The translations under genes were made by a program, and so were the position numbers. The notes under the pieces were generated by a model. That model was not told the DNA's origin. It was given only the letters and a program-made list of their open reading frames with translations, and searched no databases. A DNA stretch of 64,000 nucleotides from Rubricoccaceae bacterium (lineage in GTDB: Bacteria > Bacteroidota > Rhodothermia > Rhodothermales > Rubricoccaceae): positions 81,155-145,154 of the forward strand of contig CAVSJM010000007.1 in assembly GCA_963728345.1 (NCBI GenBank), in the 5' to 3' direction. Shown piece by piece: positions 57,216 to 64,000 of the stretch. Position 1 is the first letter of the stretch; each line of letters starts with the position of its first letter.

Positions 57216-58180
57216 GACGCGGTGAGGACATCGAGGCGGCGGTCGACGTCCGGGTCGACGGCGCGGCGGGCGGGGTCGGCGTCGTACCACGCGACGGTCT
57301 CGGCGGCCGTCTGGGCGTACGGGATCGTCGCCTCGAAGTCGGGGACGAGGGACTGTACCTTCGCGTTGTCGAAGATCATGCTGTTGGCCTTGTCGCCGAG
57401 GAGGCCCGGCCCCCACGCGGGGTCGACCTCGGCCACGCGGACGGACGGGACATGGACGACTTTCGGGGTGTCGACGCCGGCGGCCGCGGCGAGCGTGGCC
57501 GCGATCTGGTTCCACGTGAGGGCCTCGTCGGAGGTGATGTGGACCGCCTCGCCGAGCGCGCGGTCGTTCCCGAGGAGCCCCACGAGGCCGGGCGCGAAGT
57601 CGCGGTGGTTCGTGAGCGTCCAGAGCGACTCGCCGCGGTCGTGGATCAGGATCGGCGCGCCCCGGCGGATCCGGTCCAGGGCGGTGTAGCAGCCCGTGAG
57701 CGGCACCGACCACGGCGCGAGCGTGTGCGACGGCCGGACGATCGTGACCGGGAGGTCGGGCCCGTGCGCCTCCATCAGCCGATTCTCACACGCAATCTTG
57801 GCCCGTGAGTAGTCCCAGAACGGGTTGTCGAGCGGCGTGTCCTCGGTGATGGGGAGCGAGGCCGGGGGCGTCTGGTACGCCGAGGCGGAGCTGACGAACA
57901 CGAACTGGCCCGTCCGCCCGGCGAACACGTCGATGTCCGTCGCGACGTGCTCCGGCGTGAACGCGATCCAGTCGACGACGGCGTCGAAGGAGCGGTGGCC
58001 GAGGGCGCGGCGGAGGGCATCGGCGTCGCGGGCGTCGGCGTGGAGGATCTCGGCGCCGTCCGGCGCGCGGTCGTCCGACGTGCCGCGCGTGACGAGCGTG
58101 AGGTCGTGCCCCCGTTCGACCGCGAGCGCGGAGCAGGCGGTGCTGATGGTGCCGGTGCCGCCGAGGAAGAGGATCCGCAT
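57212..58180 (-). CDS. NAD-dependent epimerase/dehydratase (atypical SDR)
   Basis: MRILFLGGTGTIS, FVSSASAY, YSRAKIACE, TIVRPSHT. Confidence 0.9.
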   Translation of the reverse strand: MRILFLGGTGTISTACSALAVERGHDLTLVTRGTSDDRAPDGAEILHADARDADALRRALGHRSFDAVVDWIAFTPEHVATDIDVFAGRTGQFVFVSSASAYQTPPASLPITEDTPLDNPFWDYSRAKIACENRLMEAHGPDLPVTIVRPSHTLAPWSVPLTGCYTALDRIRRGAPILIHDRGESLWTLTNHRDFAPGLVGLLGNDRALGEAVHITSDEALTWNQIAATLAAAAGVDTPKVVHVPSVRVAEVDPAWGPGLLGDKANSMIFDNAKVQSLVPDFEATIPYAQTAAETVAWYDADPARRAVDPDVDRRLDVLTAS

Positions 58181-58217
58181 GAGACGAGAGGAAGCGAGTC
58201 GGCGTACGGGCAGCGCG

Positions 58218-60696
58218 TTAAAACGCGCCGAGCCCAAACACGGCGTTGGCGAAGAGGAGCCGGCCGTCGGCCCAGAAGCCGCGGAAGAGCGGGTCGTCGA
58301 GGAGGTAGACGACGGCGCCGCGGCCCATCTCCTCGACGCCGAAGACGAGCGTGTCGCCGAGCCGGTCCTGGGCCTCGCGCCCGGCGAACCCGGCCGTCGG
58401 CGTGCCGCTGCGGAGGACGCCCACGTTCCACCCGTCCGCCAGGAACTCGACGGCCGCCGCACGGCGCTTGATGACGTAGGTGTAGCCCGGGTAGCCGTAG
58501 GCGAGCGGGTGCGAGTCGTCGAGTGTGACGCGGTAGACGGCGCCGGGGATGTCGCCGGAGACGTCGCGGCGCTCGCGGTCGGCGTAGCGGCGGAGGCGGG
58601 CGTCGGCGGTCGTGTCGGGCGCGGCGTCGTCGCGGAGGGCGATCCCGAAGCCCTCTTTCCCGGCGAACGCGGTCGCGGCCCGCTCCAGGGCCACGAGCCG
58701 ACCGCCGGCCCGCACCCAGTCGCGGAGGGCCGCCGCACGGGCGTCCGACAGCCACGCGCCATACCCGCCGTCCGGCATCAAGAGCACGTCCACGTCGTCG
58801 AGGTCGGACGCGCTCGAAGCTCTCGGCCTCCACGAACGTCGCCGGGTAGTCCACGACGGCGTCGAACCAGTGCCAGACCTCCCCGAGCGCGGTCGGGGAG
58901 ACCGGGTCGTCGGCGAGGACGGCGACGTGGGGCTGGCGGACGAACCCGACGCGGTCGGAGCCGACGTCCGGCCCGCTCTCGGCGAAGCCGCTCGCCAGCG
59001 CCGCCAGCGGACGCCCCGCCTCAGCCGCCGCCGCGCGGACGACCGTGTCGAAGCGGTCGCCGAGGCGTCCGTTCCCGGCGCGCGTCACGACGAGGGCGCC
59101 GCGCTCGAACTGCTGGCCGCCCGCCTCGAACGCCGCCGGGACCACGCGCACGCCGATGTTCTCGCGCAGCAGGTGGGCGAGGACGCGCGCGTCGGCCGGG
59201 CTCTCCCACGGCGCGACGTAGGCGTAGGGGCGCGCCGCGTCGGGGAGCGTCGGGGTGACGGGAGGCGAGCCTCCCGTCGGGATCGCCTCCTCCAGGGCCA
59301 GGCCCTCGACGCCATAGACGTAGGGGAGCGCCCAGGCCGTCACGTCGTACGTGACGGAGTCGGCGAGGGCGGGAGCGGGTTCGAAGAGGACCGCCGCGAG
59401 CGTCCCCTTGGGCTGGTCGAGCGGGACCACGAGGTCGCCCGATGCGACGCGGACCCTCTCCGGCTCGGACGGCGCCTCGCGCCCTCCGGCGTAGCGGACG
59501 CCGCGGACGGTCTGGTCCCGTCCCGCCCAGCCGTAGGTGATCCCCTGGAGGTCGAGGAGATCGGCGAGCGCGCGGAGACGGCCGGCGTCGCCGCGCGCGG
59601 CGTAGGCGCGGACGGGGCCGGCGGGGCGGGTCTGGAAGTAGACGGCGAACTCGCGGCGGACCTCGGCGGCGTTCCGGGCCGTCGTGGCGACCGTCTCCAG
59701 GCCCGTCGCCACGTGGTGCGCGATCCGGTCGGCGAGGGTGAGCGTGTCGCCCTCGGTCGTCTCGATGGCGAGGCCGGCGCGCCCGCCGCCACCCTGCTCG
59801 TACGTCATCCCGATGGCCCCGTTAAACGTCGGCCAGGTGTCGCCGTAGGCGGGGTAGAACAGGTCGAACACCTCGCGTGTGAAGTAGAGCCACCCCTCGC
59901 GGTCGAAAACCTCGGCGTTGGCGCGGCCGATCCGCGTCTGCAGCTCGCGCTGCCACGGCGTGATGCGCGGGTGGAACGGCTCGGCCGCCGGCGCGAAGTA
60001 GTACGGGCTCTCGACCCCCTGCTCGTGGAAGTCGACGTGGACGGCGGGGAGCCAGCGGTTGTAGAGGGCGAGGCGGGCGCGCGTCTCGGGCTGCGTGCCC
60101 CACGCCCAGTCGCGGTTGAGGTCGAACAGGTAGTGGTTGAATCGCCCCCCGGGCCAGGGCTGGGTGTGCTCGCGGGCGTCGGGGTCCGGGTTGGGATCGG
60201 CGCCGCGCCGCTGGCGGTAGCCCGTCACGTAGCGCTCGCGGCCGTCCGGGTTGAGGCACGGATCGAGGACCACGACCACGTCGCGCAGCCACGCGTCGGC
60301 CTGGGGCGTGGTGAGCGTGTAGAGCGTCCGCATGGCCGCCTCGGTGCTCACGGCCTCGTCGCCGTGGACGTTGTAGCTCAGCCAGACGACGGGCTTGGCG
60401 GGCTCGCCAGTCCCCGCCGCCGCCCGGAGCGCGCTCTGCCGCACGGCCTCGACGTCGGTCTCCTCGGCGGCGACGACGAGGGCGAGGAGCGGCCGCCCCT
60501 CGGGAGTCTCGCCGTAGCGCTCCAGCGTCACGCGTGGCGACGCCTCAGCCACGGCCTCGACGTAGTCGACCACGCGGTGGTGCGGCGTGAACCGTTCGCC
60601 GAGCGGGTACCCGAGGAACGCCTCGGGCGTGGGGACCTGAGCGGAGACGCTGGCGGCGAGGGCCAGCAGAACGAGGAGCGAGGAACGACGGAGCAC
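58218..60696 (-). pseudogene. M14 zinc carboxypeptidase with C-terminal GATase1-like domain, interrupted by a +1 frameshift (real or sequencing error)
   Basis: Signal peptide from GTG 60696. NVHGDE, NPDGR, DLNRDW, DFHEQ. An extra C at about 58806 (GTC-C-GAC-CTC) separates ...ESFERV from DLDDVDVLLMPDGG...ANAVFGLGAF (ORF 58218..58793). Confidence 0.82.
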
Positions 60697-60722
60697 GGGG
60701 AGACGAGGAGGGGCCCCGCAAG

Positions 60723-61775
60723 CTACCGGCGTCGGTAGAGGAACTGCCCGTTCCCGACCACGGCCCCGTCGCTCGGGGCGAACATCACCTTGGAGAACGA
60801 GAAGTAGTCGTTCCAGAACCGGACGGCCTCGGCGTCGAGCACGTCCGGGTAGAGGCGGTCCATGTGCTCCCAGAAGCGGCGGTGCCACGCGTCCACCGTC
60901 CGCCAGTAGTTGCGCCCGTTCACGTACCACGCCTCGGCGAGGTCGAAGTCCTCGGTCGGGCGTTCCAACTCCTCCATGGGCCAGATGCGGCCGCCGGGGA
61001 AGTACTCCCGGAGCCGCGTCTGCTGCGCGTCCGCGAAGCCGGGGATCACCATCCGGGCGACGATGAGGTGGTGGAACATCCGCCCGTCCGGACGGAGCAA
61101 CGGCGCCATCCGCGCGAACGCGGCCCGCAGGTTCTTGAAGTGCTCCAGAACGCCGACGGAGAACACCACGTCGTACGCGCCGAGGCCCAGATCCTCGGGT
61201 GGGAGCACGTCGAAGCGGCCTTCCAGAAGCTGGAAGCGGCCGTCGCCCAGCGGGTCGCTGGGGGTGGCCATCCGCGATCGGAGGTAGTCGGTCTGCACGC
61301 GGCTCGGGGTGATCCCCGTCACGCGCAGGTCGGGGTAGCGGGCGAGGAGGAAGGTCTCGAGCGAGCCGAACCCACAGCCGACGTTGAAGACGTGCTCGTC
61401 GCCTCGGAGCTCGGCCCGTTCGGCCATGAGCGTGAACTTGGCGTCCTGGGCCTCCTCCAGGGTCCGGTCGCTCGTGCGGGCGGCCTCGGGCGTCTCGCCG
61501 TAGAACGCCATGGAGTAGGCCATGTACTGCCGGTCCAGGATGCTCTCGAAGAAGGGCAGCCGCTCGTCGTAGTGGACCTTGAGCAGGTCCTCGGTCTGCT
61601 CCACCACGGGCCCCTCGGCAGAGGACTCGCCGAGGGCGGCGAGCGTCGTCGGATGGCGGTGCGCGTGTTGGTATGAGCGGTCGAAGGCGATCTCCAGGCG
61701 GCGCTCGTAGTCGGCGAGGGCGTCCGACCCGTACGGGCGGAGGGTCGAGAGGTCGGGAGGGACGGGGGGGCTCAT
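60723..61775 (-). CDS. SAM-dependent methyltransferase, cyclopropane synthase/CNMT-like family
   Basis: HYD, YSMAFY, AQDAKF, NVGCGFG, SVGVLEH, FPGG, NGRNYWRTVDAW. Confidence 0.85.
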   Translation of the reverse strand: MSPPVPPDLSTLRPYGSDALADYERRLEIAFDRSYQHAHRHPTTLAALGESSAEGPVVEQTEDLLKVHYDERLPFFESILDRQYMAYSMAFYGETPEAARTSDRTLEEAQDAKFTLMAERAELRGDEHVFNVGCGFGSLETFLLARYPDLRVTGITPSRVQTDYLRSRMATPSDPLGDGRFQLLEGRFDVLPPEDLGLGAYDVVFSVGVLEHFKNLRAAFARMAPLLRPDGRMFHHLIVARMVIPGFADAQQTRLREYFPGGRIWPMEELERPTEDFDLAEAWYVNGRNYWRTVDAWHRRFWEHMDRLYPDVLDAEAVRFWNDYFSFSKVMFAPSDGAVVGNGQFLYRRR

Positions 61776-61874
61776 GGCGGGGGAAGAGGAGAGGGCGCGC
61801 GATGGTCGCGCCGGCGATGGCAGTCAGGATACGGGCCGGGGTCCAGAATCCAGAGGTGCCGTCGGGGGTGCGCC

Positions 61875-62192
61875 CTACAGCATCACCCCGTCCTCGTAGC
61901 ACCAGCCCCACGACTCGCCGGGCTCGATGCTCCGCATGATGGGGTGGCCCGACGCGTGGTGGTGCGCCGTCGCGTGCTTGTGGGGCGACGAGTCGCAGCA
62001 GCCGACGTGCCCGCACTCCATGCACACGCGGAGGTGGACCCATCGGTCGCCCGTCCGGAGGCACTCCTCGCAGCCCTGCGCGCTCGGCGTCACGTCATGG
62101 ACGTGGTCGAGGTGGTGGCAGCCGGCGCTCACGTCGGGGTCGAGGTGGACGGGCGCTGACGTGTCGATCCAGGGTGCAGTGCGGCGGGACAT
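61875..62192 (-). CDS. UBP-type zinc finger protein
   Basis: CHHL, GCEECL, WVHLRVCMECGHVGCCDSS, HATAH, EPGESWGWCY. Confidence 0.92.
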   Translation of the reverse strand: MSRRTAPWIDTSAPVHLDPDVSAGCHHLDHVHDVTPSAQGCEECLRTGDRWVHLRVCMECGHVGCCDSSPHKHATAHHHASGHPIMRSIEPGESWGWCYEDGVML

Positions 62193-62200
62193 GGGGCGGG

Positions 62201-62884
62201 TCAGAGGCGGTCGAGCATGGCCCGGACGGCCTCGATCTCGTCCAGGTTGATCGTGTGGCCGAAGTTGGGGTAGAGGCGGAGGTCGACCTCCGCGCCGAGG
62301 CGTTCGAACACGTCCGCCGTCGTCTTCATGCGGACGAGCGGGATGTGCGGGTCCACGTCCGAGCCGCCGATGAAGACGGGCGTGCCGTCGAGGTGCCCGT
62401 CGTAGTCGAACGCCTTCTCCGGGTAGCTCCCGCCCATGCCCTGGAGCGGAGGGGCGTCCGTCCGCCCCGGCCCCGAGCCGAGGAGGCCACCGCTCAGGGC
62501 GAAGACGCCGCCCCAGCGGTGGGCGTGGCGCACGGCGACTTCGGTGGCCAGGCACGCGCCCTGGCTGAACCCGCCGAGCACGATCTGGTCTCGGCCGAGT
62601 CCGGCCGCCTCGGCATGTCCGACGGCGCGCATCACGGCGTCGATGGCGCTCGTCAGGAACGGCTCGTTCTCGTCGAGGGGGGCGAGGAACGAGCGAGGAT
62701 ACCAGGCCCCCCCGGCGGCCTGGGGCGCGAGGTAGGCCAGGTCCGGCCGGTCGAACTCACGGGTGAGGCCAAGGATGCTCCCCGCGGAGGCGCCCCGTCC
62801 GTGGACGAGGACGACGACCCCCGCGGCGTCCGACAGGTCGGCGCCGGCGCTGAGGACGGGCTGGTCGGCGTGGGGAGAGGTCAT
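62201..62884 (-). CDS. Alpha/beta hydrolase (phospholipase/carboxylesterase)
   Basis: VHGRG, WYPRSF, GFSQG nucleophile elbow, D(VDPHIP) and H(GHTI). Start at MTSPHADQ. Confidence 0.92.
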   Translation of the reverse strand: MTSPHADQPVLSAGADLSDAAGVVVLVHGRGASAGSILGLTREFDRPDLAYLAPQAAGGAWYPRSFLAPLDENEPFLTSAIDAVMRAVGHAEAAGLGRDQIVLGGFSQGACLATEVAVRHAHRWGGVFALSGGLLGSGPGRTDAPPLQGMGGSYPEKAFDYDGHLDGTPVFIGGSDVDPHIPLVRMKTTADVFERLGAEVDLRLYPNFGHTINLDEIEAVRAMLDRL

Positions 62885-63930
62885 GGAGGGGAGGAGGAAG
62901 GGGCCGTCTCGCGGCGGATGATCGGGGCGACCTCGGTCCCGAACAACTCGATGGAGCGCATCACCGCCTCGTGAGGCGTGGGGCCGACCGTGAACTGAAT
63001 CAGGAAGCGGTTGGCTCCGAACAGCTCGCGGGCCGTCAGGATCTTGTCGGCCACCTCCTGCGGGCTCCCGACGAGGAGGGCGCCGTCGGGCCGGCGCTCG
63101 GCCTCGAACCGCGCGCGCGTCGGCGGCGGCCACCCACGCTCGCGGCCGAGCCGGCCCATCACTTCCACGTAGGGCGGGAACGCGGCGTCGGCCGCGGCCT
63201 GCGACGTGTCGGCGATCAGGCCGTGCGCGTTGATGCTGACGGGGAGCGCCGCGGCGTCGTGGCCTGCCTGGTCGGCCGCCTCGCGGTAGAGGTCGACGAG
63301 CGGGGCGAACCGGGCCGGCTCGCCGCCGATGATCGCGAGGGCCAGCGGCAGCCCCAGCCTCCCGGCGCGCACGACGGACTGTGGCGTGCCGCCGACGGCG
63401 ATCCACACCGGCAGCGGGTCCTGGAGCGGACGCGGGTAGACCCCGCGTCCGGCGAGCGGCGTGCGGTGCCGGCCCCGCCACGTCACCGTCTCCGACGCGC
63501 GGAGGGCCAGGAGGAGGTCCAGCTTCTCGGAGAACAGCGTGTCGTAGTCGCGGAGGTCGTGGCCGAAGAGCGGGAACGACTCGGTGAACGACCCGCGCCC
63601 CACCATGATCTCGGCGCGCCCACCGGAGAGCAGGTCGAGCGTCGCGAAGTCCTGGAACACGCGGATCGGGTCGTCGGACGAGAGGACGGTGACGGCACTC
63701 GACAGCCGGACGCGCTCGGTCCGCATCGCGGCGGCGGCGAGGATCGTGGCCGGGCTGGACGAGACATAGTCCGGCCGGTGGTGCTCGCCGATCCCCACCA
63801 CGTCGAGCCCGACGCGGTCGGCCAGCTCGATCTCCTCCAGCAGGTACGTGAGGCGACGGGCGGCGGCCTCGGCCGGCTGGCGGCCCTCCTCGGGGCGCGT
63901 CTCTGCGAAGGTGTAGATGCCGAGTTCCAT
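62881..63930 (-). CDS. LLM class flavin-dependent oxidoreductase (luciferase-like, YhbW/Atu2307-like)
   Basis: [60 protein letters not shown]. Confidence 0.93.
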   Translation of the reverse strand: MELGIYTFAETRPEEGRQPAEAAARRLTYLLEEIELADRVGLDVVGIGEHHRPDYVSSSPATILAAAAMRTERVRLSSAVTVLSSDDPIRVFQDFATLDLLSGGRAEIMVGRGSFTESFPLFGHDLRDYDTLFSEKLDLLLALRASETVTWRGRHRTPLAGRGVYPRPLQDPLPVWIAVGGTPQSVVRAGRLGLPLALAIIGGEPARFAPLVDLYREAADQAGHDAAALPVSINAHGLIADTSQAAADAAFPPYVEVMGRLGRERGWPPPTRARFEAERRPDGALLVGSPQEVADKILTARELFGANRFLIQFTVGPTPHEAVMRSIELFGTEVAPIIRRETAPSSSPP

Positions 63931-64000
63931 GCGGAGCGAAGAGAAGGCGGGCCCCGTACTCGGCAGGTCACGTCCGTGGTCCGGCGGCGTCGGCCGAGAC

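Noticed and set aside
57775-62064. 1429-aa minus-strand ORF suggesting a giant protein
   Set aside because: Only about 58806-60696 is real (M14 N-terminal part). The rest is off-frame read-through over the methyltransferase and the M14 tail.
1-64000. CRISPR arrays, IS elements, integrases, prophage, rRNA or tRNA
   Set aside because: I saw no regularly spaced repeats, no transposase/recombinase/phage motifs, and no tRNA or rRNA signatures. The GC hairpins present differ in sequence and sit at gene ends, so they are terminators rather than a REP family.

Overview
A very GC-rich bacterial chromosomal segment, most likely Rhodothermota (Rubrivirga/Rubricoccus-like). This is inferred from SprA, a T9SS-tailed enzyme and the Bat cluster occurring in a high-GC background. 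About 58 real genes are supported; most other long ORFs in the six-frame track are antisense or shifted-frame shadows. The window is mainly housekeeping. In order it holds: mltD-like lytic transglycosylase, a lysine-6-dehydrogenase-like gene, an orphan ABC permease, LOG, recR-ybaB-dnaX, and a long minus-strand cluster (DUF58, batA-E, sirtuin, tdk, J-domain) without moxR. After that come purQ, a GH25 muramidase, a RamB/PrpR-like regulator divergent from aceB-aceA-AGT, rsfS, lipB, sprA, several peptidases and amidases, pyrR-pyrB-protease-rimK and an LLM oxidoreductase. I found no rRNA, tRNA, CRISPR array, transposase or integrase. The best leads are: (1) an in-frame three-gene chimera (sensor TM + REC-LytTR + DUF6624) with a single 1-bp frameshift, lying antisense between batA and batB; (2) a four-helix-bundle gene bracketed by inverted 7-bp-period repeats, with similar arrays at 21.4 kb; (3) a penicillin-acylase-family enzyme lacking about 165 beta-chain residues and carrying a T9SS tail; (4) a readable three-site operator for the glyoxylate shunt; (5) a more AT-rich C-type-lectin lipoprotein with intact EPN/WND motifs; (6) an acidic 11-mer-repeat lipoprotein. 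I cannot show from sequence alone that any of these is a new system. All family assignments rest on motif recognition, not database searches.
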